This document shows, in pieces, positions 1 to 12,419 of a DNA stretch of 64,000 nucleotides; within the stretch, counting starts at the first letter, position 1, and every line of letters begins with the position of its first letter. Below the pieces are notes generated by a model. The model saw only the letters and a program-made list of their open reading frames with translations, did not search any database and was not told the origin of the DNA. Made by a program: the position numbers and the translations under genes. This DNA is from the human T2T-CHM13v2.0 reference genome, Homo sapiens, in contig CP086569.2 of assembly GCA_009914755.4 (NCBI GenBank), positions 10,432,001 to 10,496,000 of the forward strand, written 5' to 3'.

Positions 1-225
1 TTGTGCTTCCCAGGTGAGGTGATGTCTCACCCTGCTTCTGCTCATGCTCGGTGCACTGCACCCACTGTGCTGCACCCTCGGTCTGACACTCTCCAGTGAG
101 ATGAACCCGGTACCTCATTGGGAAATGCAGAAATCACCCATCTTCTGTGTTGCTCATTCTGGGAGCTGTAGACTGGAGTTGCTGCTATCAGCCATCTTGG
201 CTCCAACCTCCGTTTTGCTTGTTTC
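1..225 (-). mobile_element. 5' terminus (5'UTR start) of a LINE-1 (L1PA-type) whose body lies upstream of the window
   Basis: Reverse complement of 1-225 reproduces the canonical start of the L1 5'UTR (GGAG..CCAAGATGGC.GA.AGCAGCAACTCCAGTCTACAGCTCCCAG...TTTCTGCATTTCCC..TGAGGTACCGGGTTCATCTCACTGGAGAG). It is near-identical to the 5' end of the full-length L1 at 53.2-53.3 kb. Confidence 0.75.
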
Positions 226-2069
226 TTTGTTTATGCAATCAATGTTAAATTGTCCACAGTCTAAAATAATGTATTATGTTATTTTCAAGCCTCATGATAA
301 TTTCAAATCAAAGAGTGTACCACAGATGTACAAAAAGTAAAAAGCAAGAAATTAGATTATAATTCAAGATAAATCACCTTCACTAAAAGGAAGACAGGAA
401 GAAAGGGAAGAAGGAAGAGAGGACAAAAATCAATGAGAAAAAAATAAAAAAATGGCAGGAGTAAGTTCTTATCACTGATAACATTGAATTTAAATGAACT
501 AAATACACCAGTCAAAAGAAAAATAGTGGATGAATAGATAGAGAAGCAGGACAATAATCTGTGACCTACCAAAAAAAAACACACTTTATCTATAAAGATA
601 CATTTAGACTGAAAATAGAAGGATGAAAAAAGTTATTCCATGCCAATAGAGACCAAAAAGAGCAGAACTAGCCATACTTATACCAGACAAAAATAGATTT
701 CAACAAAAGACTGTAGGAAGAAATTAAAAGGTCATTATATAATAATAAAGAGATCAATTCATCAAGAGGATATAATAATTGAAAATATATATGCACCCAA
801 CACTAAAGCACTTAGATAAATGAAGCAAATATTATAAGAGCTAAAGAAAGAGACCTCAATACAATATTGGCAGGACAATTCAACACCCCACTTTAGTCAT
901 TGGACAGACTTTCCAGACAGAAAATAAACAAAGAAACATCAGACTTAATCTGTACTATAGAACAAATGAACCTAATAGATATTTACAGAAAATTTCATCC
1001 AACAGCTGCATAATACACATTCTTCTCCTCTGCACATGGGTTATTTTCAAGGATAGACCATATGTTATGTAACAAGTATAAAAACATTCCAAAAAATTGA
1101 AGTAATATGAAGCATTTTCTTTGACTACAGGGGATAAAACTAGAAATAATTTAAAAAGGAATTTAAGAAACTATACAAACACATAGACATTAAACAATAT
1201 GCTCCTGAATGATTAGTAGGCCGATAAAAAAGTTAAAAAGAAAATAGAAAAATTTCTTGAAACAAATGATAATGGAAACATAGCATAGAAAAAGCTATGG
1301 AATATAGTAAAAGAGGTACTATTATAAAAGGAAAATTTATAACTGTGTCTACATAAAAAACAGAAAATCTTCAAATACATAACCTAACAATACATTTTAA
1401 TTAACTAGAATAAAAAGACCAAACCTAACCCAAAATTAGAAGAAAAGAAATAATAAAGATTAGAGCAGAAGTAGATAAATTTAAAATGACGAAAATAATG
1501 TAAAGAATTAATGAAAGAAAAAGTTGATTTTTTGAAAAGTAAAACAATTGACAAATATTTAAACAGGCTAACTGAAAAACAAAAAAGATACAGATTAGTA
1601 AATCAGAGGTGAAAAAGGAGACATTACAAGTAACGCTTCAGAAAAGCAAAGTTTCATTAATGAATACTCTCAGCAATTTTATGCCAACAAATTAGAAAAC
1701 CTAGAGGAAATTAATTCTTAGACAAACACAACTTACCAAGATTGAACTAGGAAAAAATCTAAAACCTGAACAGATCAATAACAATTAACAAAATTAATGC
1801 CTTAATAAAAGAGTCTGTAGGACCAGACTGAAAACTAGAGAAGGAAAGAACACTTCCAAACTCATTCTTTGAGGCTAGTATTACCCTGATATCAAAACCA
1901 GACAAAGACATATTTAAAAAAGCGAACTACAGGCCCATATCTGAGAATATTGGTGCAAAAATTTGCAAAACACCTAGCAAACTGAATTAAACAATACATA
2001 AATAAGTAATTCATAATGACCAAGTGGGATTTATCCCAGGGATGCAAGGATGGTTCAACATGCAACTCA

Positions 2070-2420
<351 letters not shown>

Positions 2421-2796
2421 GACAAAATCCATATAATCATTTCAATTATGCTAACAATTTTTGATAAAATTTAATATTCTTTAATAACAAAACACTTTGA
2501 AAACTGGGTATGGAATGAACATAACCTCAACATAATAAAAGTCATATATGACAGACCCACAGCTAGCATCACACTAAGTGGGGAAAAACTAAAAGCCTTT
2601 ACTCTAAAATCTGGAAGATGACAAGAATGTCCACTTTTACCACTGTTATTCAACATAATGCTGAAAGTCCTATCTGGAGCAATCAGACAGGAAGGAGAAA
2701 GCAATAAAATGCATCCCAGTTGGAAAAGAAGTCAAATTACCTTTTTTTTTTTGCCAATGATAAAATCTTATATTGGAAAAAGCATAAATACTCCTC

Positions 2797-5237
2797 TGAT
2801 AGGGTTTGAATGTGTGTCCCCTCCCCAAATCTCATATTTAAATGTAATTCTGAATGATGGAGATGGGCCTGGTGGAAGGTGATTTAACCATTGGGATGGA
2901 TTACTCATAAATGGCTTAGCACCATCCCATTTGGTGCTATCCTCATGATAGTGAGTGAGTTCCCATAAGAACTGCTTAGTTAAAACTGTGTAACAACTCT
3001 CCCCTCTGTTTTTTGCTCCTGCTTTTTGCCCTGTGATGTGCAAGATTCTGCTTCAACTTCTGCCATGACTGCAAAATTCCAGAGACTTCCCCAGAAACAT
3101 ATTCCAGTACTATGTCTTCTCCTCAGCCTGTAGAATCATAAGCCACTTAAACCTACTATGTAAAAAATAAATTATCTAGTCCCACTCTCATAGTGATGGA
3201 AAAATAGCTTAATACAGAAAATTGGCACCAAGGAATGGAAAATGGTTATAAGAATAACCCAAAATGTGGAATCAGCTTCGTAATTGGGTAAACAGATAGA
3301 AGTTGGAAGAGTTTGTAGGATTCAGAAGACAGAAAAATGATGGAAAGTTGAGATTTTCTTAGAGACTGGTTGAATGTCTGTGACCAAAATGTGGATAGTG
3401 GTCTGGACAGTGAATGCCGGGCTGAGGTCTCAGATGAAAACTAGAAACTTATTGGGACAGAAACAAAAGTCATGCATGTTGTCTTAGCAAAGTGGTTGGC
3501 CGAATTTCTGTCATGCCCTAGGGATATAGAAAAGTGTGAATTTGAAATTGATGATCTAGGGTTTCTGTTGGAAAAATATCTAAGCAGCAAAGCATTTGTG
3601 ATGTGGCCTGGCTGCTTCTAACAACCTATGTTCACATGTTCCAGCAAAAAAAATAAAAATAAAATAAGTAGTAACTTATACTTACAAAAGAAGCATAGTG
3701 TAAATGCTTGAAAACTTTGCAGCCTAGTCATGTGGCTGAACTCGAAAAAGCTTTTATAAGAGGAACTCAAGCAGGACATGGGTCAATCACTTGTTAGAGA
3801 TATTTGTATAACCTAAAAAAAAAGCAAGTCTTGATAGCCAAGACAATGGGAAAGAGGAATTGAAGGCATTTTAGAAATCTAAAAAGCAGCCCCCCATCAC
3901 AGGCCCTGAGGCCTGAAAGAAGAGAATAGTTTCTGGGATCAGGCCTAGGACCTGCTGCCTTGGGTAGCTTTGGAACAAGGCTCCCTACATCCTGGCCACT
4001 GCTTCAGGTCCAGGTGTAGCCCAAATTGACCCATTTAAACTCCAGTCACTGGTTCAGAAGGTGCAAGTCGTAACCTTGGTAGCTTCCATGTGGTGTTAGG
4101 CCTGTGGGTTTACAAAAGCAAGTAGTTGAGACTTGGGAGCCTCCACTATTATTTCAGAGGATGTATGAAAAAGCCAGGGTGTGAAGGCAGAAGCATGCTT
4201 CAGAGGTGGAGCCCTCATGGAGATCCTCTACTAAAACAATGGAGAAAAGAAATGTAGTGTGACAGTCCCCAGGGAGGCTCCCAACTAGGTCATGGCCTAG
4301 TAGATCTGTGAGGAGAGGATCACTGTCCTCCAGACTCCAGAATGGTAGATCTAGCTACAGCCTGCATCTTGCAGCTTGAAAAGCCAGAGGCACAGAATGC
4401 CAGCCCATGAGAGCAGCTGTGAGGGCTGAACCATGCAAAGTCACAAGGTAGAATCTTCCCAAGGCATTAGTGTTCCCTGGAAATGGGACAGAGAGTCAAA
4501 AATAAGTATTTTGGAGCCTTACAATTCAATAACTGCCCTTCTGGGTTTCAGACTTTCATGGGTCCTGTGGCCCCTTTCTTTTGGCTCATTTCTTCCTTTT
4601 AGAATAGGAGTGTTTACCCAATGCCTCTGTCTCATTTGTATCTTGGAAGAACTTAACTTGTTTTTTTATTTTACAGGCTTATAGGAGGAAGAAATTAGCT
4701 TTGTCTTAGATGAGACTTTTGACTTTTGAGTTAACGCTGAAATTAGTTAAGACATTGGGGATTATTGGGAAGTCATGATTGTATTTTGAAATATGAGAAG
4801 GATATGAGATTTGGAATGGCCAGGGGCAAAATGATACAGTTTGGATGTGTATTCCCACCAAAATCTTATATTGAAATATAATCCTCAATGTTGGAAGTGG
4901 GCCTAGAGTGGAGGTGATCGAATCATGAGGGCAAGATTTACATGAACAGTTTGGCATCACTTCCTTTGGTGCCATTCCCACAATAGTAAGTTTTCATGAG
5001 AGCTGGTTATCTACAAGTGTGTGTTGCACTTCCCCCCTGCCCTCACACTTACCATGTGATGTGCAAACCCCAGATTTATTTGTCACCTTGTCAGTTGTCA
5101 GAGGCTTCCCCAGAAGCAGAAGCCAGCACAATGCTTTCTGTACACCCTGTAGAACCATGAACTGATTAAACCTATTTTCTTTATAAATAAACCAGTCACT
5201 GATTACTTTTTATAGCAATATGAGAATGGCCTAATAC
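2797..5237 (+). mobile_element. Full-length ERVL-MaLR element (MST-type) with both LTRs (5' LTR ~2797-3190, 3' LTR ~4831-5237) and ~1.6 kb internal region, nested in the old L1
   Basis: Both ends carry MST/THE1-like LTR sequence (tgatagggtttgaatgtgtgtcccctccccaaatctcatat... and atgatacagtttggatgtgtattcccaccaaaatcttatattgaa...), each ending ...ataaat(a/t)a...ctaataca. L1 ORF2 sequence resumes on both sides. Confidence 0.75.
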
Positions 5238-5588
5238 ATCCACAAAAACTATTAGAAGTAATAACTTGAGTAAATTTGCAGAATACAAAATCAACATACA
5301 CAAATCAGTAGGATTTCTATATGTCAATACTCAACAAACTGAAAAAGAATTCAAAAATATAATACTATTTACAGTAGCCACAAATAAAACAAAATGTGTG
5401 GGAATTTACCAAATAAAAGTTCTCAACAATTAAAACTGTAAAACACTGATAAAAGAAATGAAAAAGGACCCAAAAATTGGAAAGATATTTTTATGTTCAC
5501 AGATTGGAAGAATCAGTATTTTTAAAACACCTCCATACAATCCATAGCAATCTATATATTTCATGCCATCTCTATCAAAATAACAGTC

Positions 5589-5888
5589 CAGGGACAGTGG
5601 CTCATGCCTGTAATCCCAGCACTTTGGGAGGCCAAATTTGGTGGATCATGAGGTCAGGAGTTCAAGACCAGCTTGGCCAACTTGGTGAAACCCATCTCTA
5701 CTAAAAATAGAAAAAAATTAGTCAGGCATGGTGGCGGGTACCTGTAATCCCAGCTACTCAGGAGGCTGAGGCAAAGCATCGCTTGAACCCAGGAGGTGGA
5801 GGTTGCGGTGTGCCGAGATCACATCACTACATCACTCCACTCCAGTCTAGGTGACAGAGCAAGACGCCATCTAAAAAAAAAAAAAAAA
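5589..5888 (+). mobile_element. Alu inserted in the old L1
   Basis: CCAGGGACAGTGGCTCATGCCTGTAATCCCAGCACTTTGGGAGGCC... with a poly-A tail. Confidence 0.9.
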
Positions 5889-5912
5889 GAAGAAGAAGAA
5901 GAAGAAGAAGAC
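5889..5912. repeat. (GAA)8 microsatellite on the Alu tail
   Basis: gaagaagaagaagaagaagaagaa directly after the Alu poly-A. Confidence 0.9.
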
Positions 5913-6141
5913 ATTCCTCACAGATATAGAAAAAAAAATTCTGAAATTTTTACGGAAACATCACAAAACACCATAATAGTCAAAGCTATGCTGAGTATAT
6001 AAAACAAAACTGGAGGAATTCCATTACTGGTTTTAAATTACACTACTAAGTTATAGTAATTAAAACAGCATGATACTAGCATTAAAACAGATGTAAAGAC
6101 AGATGGAATGAAGTACAGACCTTAGAAACAAACTCATACAG

Positions 6142-6565
6142 CTAAATTAATTTTCAACAAAAGTGCCAAGAACATACAATAAAAAATAAGACAGTTTTTG
6201 TAATAAATAGGGGAGGGAAAACTGGCATTCTGTGTGAGGGACAAACATTCAGACCCTCATAGCAGTGTTCTGGAATCCTATGTGAGGGACAAACATTTGG
6301 ACCACAGCAGGAGTGTTCTGGAATCCCCTGTGAGGAATAAACATTCAGACCCTCGTAGCAGTGTTCTGGAATCCTATGTCACAAACATTTAGAACCCAGC
6401 AGCAGTGTTCTGGAATCCTATGCGAGGGACAAACATTCAGAACCTCGTAGCAGTGTTCTGGAATCCTATGGGAGGGACACCTAAATTAATTTTCAACAAA
6501 AGTGCCAAGAACATACAATAAAAAATGAGACAGTTTTTGTAATAAATAGGGCTGGGAAAACTGGC
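6142..6565. repeat. Composite repeat inside L1 ORF2: an 85-bp direct duplication flanking a ~50-bp x5 minisatellite
   Basis: 6142-6226 and 6481-6565 are near-identical (ctaaattaattttcaacaaaagtgccaagaacatacaataaaaaat[a/g]agacagtttttgtaataaatagg...gaaaactggca). Between them are five ~50-bp units (...tgtgagggacaaacattcagaccctcgtagcagtgttctggaatccta...). Confidence 0.8.
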
Positions 6566-6900
6566 AAACCATAGGCAGAAGAATAAAACTAGAACCTTAT
6601 TTCTTGCCACTTACAAAAATCAAATGAAAAGGAATTAAAGACTTAAACCTAACGCCTCAAACCATCAAACTTTTACAAGAAAACATTGGGAAAACTCTTT
6701 AGGGCATTGGTTTGGGCAAAAACTCCTTAAATAATGCCCCAGAAGGACAGACAACCAAAACAAACATGGACAAATGGGATTACAGGAAGTCAGAAAGCCT
6801 TTTTAATGTGAAGGAAACAAGAAACAAAGTGAAGAGAAAATCCACAGAATGGGAGAAAGTATTTGCAAATTATCCATCTGAAAAGCAATTAATAGCTACA

Positions 6901-7230
6901 TGATATGGTTAGGATTTGTGTCCCCACCTAAATCTCATATTGCATTTTAATCCCCATATGTTGAGGGAGAGACTTGGTAGAAGGTGATTGGATCATGGGG
7001 GTGGTTTCCCCCATGCTGTTCTTCTGATAATGAGTGATTTCTTATGAGATCTGATGGTTTTATAAGGGACTTTTCCCCCTTTGCTTCACATACATGCTCT
7101 CTGGCCTGCTGTCATTTAAGAGGTGACTACTTCCCCATGTGCCATTATTGTAAGTTTCCTGAGGCCTCCCCGGCCATGTGGAAATGTGAGTCGATTAAAC
7201 CCATTTCCTTTATAAATTACCCAGTCTTGC
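6901..7230 (+). mobile_element. Solo MaLR LTR (THE1/MST-type)
   Basis: tgatatggttaggatttgtgtccccacctaaatctcatattg...gccatgtggaaatgtgagtcgattaaacccatttcctttataaattacccagtcttgc. L1 ORF2 resumes after the adjacent Alu. Confidence 0.75.
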
Positions 7231-7515
7231 CAGGTGCCGTGGCTCATGCCTGTAATCTCACAACTTTTGGAGGCTGAGGCAGGTGGATCTCGAGGTCAGG
7301 AGTTCAAGATCAGCCTGGCCAAGATGGTGAAACCCCGTCTCTACTAAAAATACAATAATTAGCCAGGCATGGTGGCAGGTGCCTGTAATCCCAGCTACTC
7401 AGGAGGCTGAGGCAGAGAATTGCTTGAATCAGGAGGTGGACGTTGCAGTGAGCCGAGATTGCACCACTGCACTTCAGCCTGGGTAAAAGATCAAGACTTC
7501 ATCTTAGTAAATAAA
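7231..7515 (+). mobile_element. Alu
   Basis: caggtgccgtggctcatgcctgtaatctcacaacttttggaggctgaggcaggtggatc... Confidence 0.9.
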
Positions 7516-9071
7516 TACGTAACACAATCTCAGGTATTTTTTTATAGGAGTGCAGAAACAGACTAATACACTACAATATATTGAGTTCAAAAAATTCCAT
7601 AGAAAAAAGTAATAACCCAAATAAAGTGTGGACAAAAAATTTAAATAGACATTTATGAAAAGAAGACATACAAATGTGAAACAGGCAAATGAAAAGGTGC
7701 TCCACATTACTGATCATCATAGAAATGCAGATCAAACCCAAAATGAGATATCATTTCACCCCAGTTAAGGTGGCTTTTATCCACAAGTCTGTGAAAAACA
7801 AATGCTGGTGAGTATGTGGAGTGAAGGGAATCCTTGTACACTGCTGTAGGGAGCACATTTAAGGACAGTTTGGATGTTACCGATATAACTAAAAATAGAG
7901 CTAGTATATGGTCCAGCAATCCCACTGCTCAGTATATGCCTACAAGAAATAAAATTGGTAAATCAAAGACCTATTGGCACTCTTATGTTTGCTACAGCAG
8001 GGTTTATAATAGCCAAGATTTGGAAGGAACCTACATGTCCATCAACAGATGACTGAATAGAGAAAGTGTGGTACATATGCACAATGGAGTACTATTCAGC
8101 TCTAAGAAAGAATGAGAGCCTGCCATTTGCATTAACATAAGTGGAACTGAAAGTATGTTAAGTGAAATGTGAGGCGGAGAAAGACAAATGTCACAAGTTC
8201 TCACTTATTTGTAGGTGCTAAAATTCAAAACAATTGGTGTCATAGGGATAGAGATTATAAGGATGGTTACGAGACTGGGAAGGGCAGGGAGGGAACAAGG
8301 GGATAGTGGGGATGCTAAATGGGTAAAAAACAATTGTTAGAAAGAAAGAATAAGACAGCATTTGATAGCACAACAGGGTGATTATAGTCAAAAATAATTT
8401 AATTCCACATTTAAAAAAACTAAAAGAGTATAATTGGATTGTTTATAACACAAGCTATAAATGCTTGAGGGAACAGATACCCCGTTTTTTATTATGTATT
8501 ACTCATTGCATGACTGCATCAAAGTATATCATGTACCCGCATAAACATATACACCAACTATGTACCCACAAAGATAAATTAAAAATTGAAATTGAAATTA
8601 AAATTAAAACCAAAGGGAGGAGAGTATAATGAGGCATGTGTGACCCATGGCTTGAACTAGCTTTTCAGGTTAATTTTGGAATGTCCCTATCCAAGAAGAG
8701 AGGTCCATTTAGTCAACAGGGGTTTAGAAATTTATTTTTAGTTTATAAATGGAAAAAAGAAGGATTTTTAATACCGAGTCATAGTTCTCAGTCAATCAAT
8801 CCCTGCAGGGAACCCTGTTCTTTACTCTGGAGATAAACACTCGTTTTCTTTTCCATGAAATAACACCACATTTCAAAATGAAGGGAAACGTCTTGAAACT
8901 AAGAGGTACAGCCTTATTAAATTTGATTTGGTGTCCATTGTAATTAATTTAATCACATGTGTTCTATAGTTTGTCCTCAGTCTTCCCCTAGTTTAGGCCC
9001 ATGATCTGTTAAATTTGCTCAGCTCCCTGCTCAACAGCAGGAAATCAGAATTATTTAAAAACCTCATTGTG

Positions 9072-9420
9072 GCTAGGAGTGGTGGCTCATGCCTGTAATC
9101 CCAGCAATTTGGGAGGCCAAGGTGGACAAATCGCTTGTTGTCAGGGGTTTGAGACCAGCCTGGCCAACAGAGTGAATCCCCATCTCTACTAAGGATACAA
9201 ATATTAGCTGGGTGTGGTGATTCATGTCTGTAATCCCAGCTACTTGGGAGACTGAGGCAGGAGAATTGCTTGAACCCGGGAGGTGCAGGTTTCAGTGAAC
9301 CAAGATGGTGCACTGCACTCCAGCCTGGGCAACAGAGCAAGACTCTGTCTCAAAATAATAATAATAATAATTAATAATAATAATAATAATAAAATAAGTA
9401 AAAATAAAAATCTCATTGTG
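9072..9420 (+). mobile_element. Alu with (AAT)n / A-rich tail
   Basis: ggctaggagtggtggctcatgcctgtaatcccagcaatttgggaggccaaggtgg... and the tail aataataataataattaataataataataataataaaataag. Confidence 0.9.
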
Positions 9421-11517
9421 TTTCAAACCAAATTTCTTTTCAATACCAACTGTACCAACTTGCATATTAACTACAATCATTTTGTTTACTTTATATCCAA
9501 TCTTGAGAAATCTTTGAGGACTAATTTCACTCTTTTCTGCCATTTTGCTAAACGTACCAAATGCCATCAAACAAAACGCACAAAATTCCTGAGAAATACA
9601 TTTTCTCCCTGAGGAGTAGACTTGCTGTGTTAGAGGAACTCATGGTTACTTAGCTTCTAGTTTAATAAACATGACTAGAATATTCTATCTTAATATGAGT
9701 AGCTAGGTACTCATAAGACATCCAGAAGGTTAATGTTCATGGTCTGAAAATAGTCACAATTGTTAACTGGCCACAAATTACAATTGCAGAATATTTGTGG
9801 TCATACAAGACATCTTCCACCAAGCCTGAAAAATGTATAAATGTCCTAGGAGTGCAGCATTTTTTTGTAAGGATATTATTAATGAGCTAGCTTAGGTCAA
9901 TGGGTTAATGGTTATTGTTAAAACCACTAGTCCAGACTTTAGTGACTACATCTGCACCTTCCAAGTTTAATTATAACTCTTTCTGTTTATAGTTACTTAT
10001 AAGTAGAGACACTAACAAAAGACAATGCGTTCCTGCTCTTGTTTTCTGAGGAAGTCCAACTCTGTAATGGAGTAATTTCTAATAAATTTGCTTCTTTCAC
10101 TGTGCTCTCTGACTCACCTCAAATTTTTTCCTGCAGAAGACCTAAGAATACTACTTTGTGGTCTATATCAGGACCCTCTTTTCCAGTGATATCTTTCAAC
10201 AACACCATGAACGGACACAATCCACACGGAATCAATCAGCTGACACCTGGCAAGTGGTCTGTTTTTTAGAGTTGTGAAGCCATTCTGGTGGGCAAGAATG
10301 ATTATCCACTATTATCATACTCAGATTAGAGGCCAAGCCCACAGGGTTAGAGGCCCTGGGGAATATTGAGAAGAATGGATTTGGCTAAACAAGATGTTTG
10401 CCACTTTCTCTTTTTGGACTGTCCACCTTGTGCTCTCTGTCCCTCACCTGAGTGCTCTACATCTTGTCACCTTTCTGCTCACCGCCTCTGCTTTGTAGTA
10501 GCCTGGAGGCTGCCCCAGGACAGAGGCCCCAAATAGTTTAGCTTTTACTTTCCTCAGCTATCCTCTGACTCTTAACTGACTGCTAGTTTAATTTGCCACT
10601 GGTCCAAGTGACACTGAAAAAAAGAATTGTCTTGGAACCCAGTATTTTTGTACCTTAATTATTCGAAAAGATCAGCAGTAACCTCACCATCATTATGACT
10701 AGAAATTGAAATATGGTATTTAAGAGCTCTACATGATAAGATCAGATATGCCTGTTTAGTGACAGCCTCTTATATGACAACCCTCTGCAAACAATTACCC
10801 TCTAGATGGAGAACATGAGACTTTTTCTTAACAGTTTTCTCTCATTTCTTAGCCATAATGCCATCTTTGATGAGCTGGTTTAGGGCAGCTGGACCCTACT
10901 TTCTAAACCCAGCATATCACTTTTTTCCTGAGTTTTGTCAGTTTTGTCATAGCAGTGTGAAAATGGAGTAATACATTACAATATACAAATTACAGCCTTC
11001 CCATTTCCCCTGTTTGATCTGACTCCTATTTTGCAGCTTAATTTGTTTTATAGAAGAGAAACTAAGAGGGAGGAAATACATTATATACAGGCTTCTCTGA
11101 TGCTTGGTCAGGATAAAAAATTAAAATGGGCTTCTATATGTTTGATGGAGGAAAAGATAAAATAGGGATGGCACGTTATTGATTACCGTTTCAAAGCAAG
11201 TGCCTCTTAATATTGGGCTTTTCTTAGCTGGGGCTGAACTCCCCCTGCCAGTCCAAGCACCCCATAAGAACACAGTCAGATTCCTTCCAGTTCTAGTGAG
11301 GTGTGCAACATGTTATAAATTTCTTCTAGTTTTCCTGGGTTATCTAGTTTCTGGTCATCTTCTTCTCCCTGCCCTTTGAGTCCTGTCTTACATACATACC
11401 CCACTCTCGAAACACCCGATCTTCACCAGAACAACATGCAGTGGGACCCCTTATCAGCTGACAAAGTTGAATGTTTGCCCTCTCTGGGAAGAGAGAGATG
11501 ATAATAGGGACACTATA

Positions 11518-12419
11518 TTGAAGGGGTGGCCTGTCTCTCCACACCTGTGGGCATTTCTCATCAGGTGGAATGAGAGACTTGTGAAAAGAGACGCAGAGAC
11601 AAAGTATAGAGAAAAAGTGGGCCCAGGATACCAGCGCTCAGCATACGGAGGACCTGCGTTGGCACCAGTCTCTGAGTTTCCTTAGTATTTATTGATCATT
11701 ATCGGGCATTTCTCAGAGAGGGTGATGTGGCAGGACAATAGGGTAATAGTGGAGAGAGGGTCAGCAGGAAAACGTGAGCAAATGCCTCTGCATCATGAAC
11801 AAGGTAAAGAAAAAAGTACTGTGCTTTTGATGTGTATATACATAAACAACTCAATGCCTTAAACAGCAGTATTGCCTCCAGCATGTCTCACCTCCAGCCC
11901 TAAGACAGTTTTCCCCTATCTCAGTAGATGGAATATACAATCGGGTTTTACACTGAGATATTCCATTGCCCAGGGACGAGCAGGAGACAGATGGCTTTGT
12001 CTTATCTCAACTGTAAAGAGGCCTTCCTCTTTTACTAAAACTCCTCAGCACAGACCGTTTACAGGTGTCAGGCTGGCAGATGGTCAGTTCCTTCCCTTCC
12101 CATGAGGCCATATTTCAGACTATCACATGGGGAGAAACCTTGGACAATACCCGGCTTTCCTAGGCAGAGGTCTCTGTGGCCTTCCGCAGTGTTTTGTGTC
12201 CCTGTGTACTTGAGAGTAGGGGGTGGTGATGACTTTTAACAAGCATGCTGCCTTCAAGCATTTGTTTAGCAAAGCACATCCTGCATAGCCCTAAATCCAT
12301 TAAACCTTGAGTCAACATAGCACATGTTGCTGTGAGCACAGAACAGAATGGAGTGTCTTATAGCTACTTCTTTCTACATAGACACAGTAACAGTCTGATC
12401 TCTCTTTCTTTTCCCCACA
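11518..12419 (-). mobile_element. Solo HERV-K (HML-2 family) LTR5-type LTR with 6-bp target-site duplication CTATAT
   Basis: The reverse complement starts tgtgggaaaagaaagagagatcagactgttactgtgtctatgtagaaagaagtag... and ends ...cccacaggtgtggagagacaggccacccc, collinear with LTR5. It is flanked by ctatat (11512-11517) and ctatat (12420-12425). CpG sites are largely decayed to TG/CA. Confidence 0.8.

Noticed and set aside
6226-6480. Regularly spaced ~50-bp repeats (and other minisatellites at 31.5 and 33.4 kb) as a possible CRISPR-like array
   Set aside because: Eukaryotic primate DNA. The units are contiguous tandem copies without unique spacers, so they are minisatellites.
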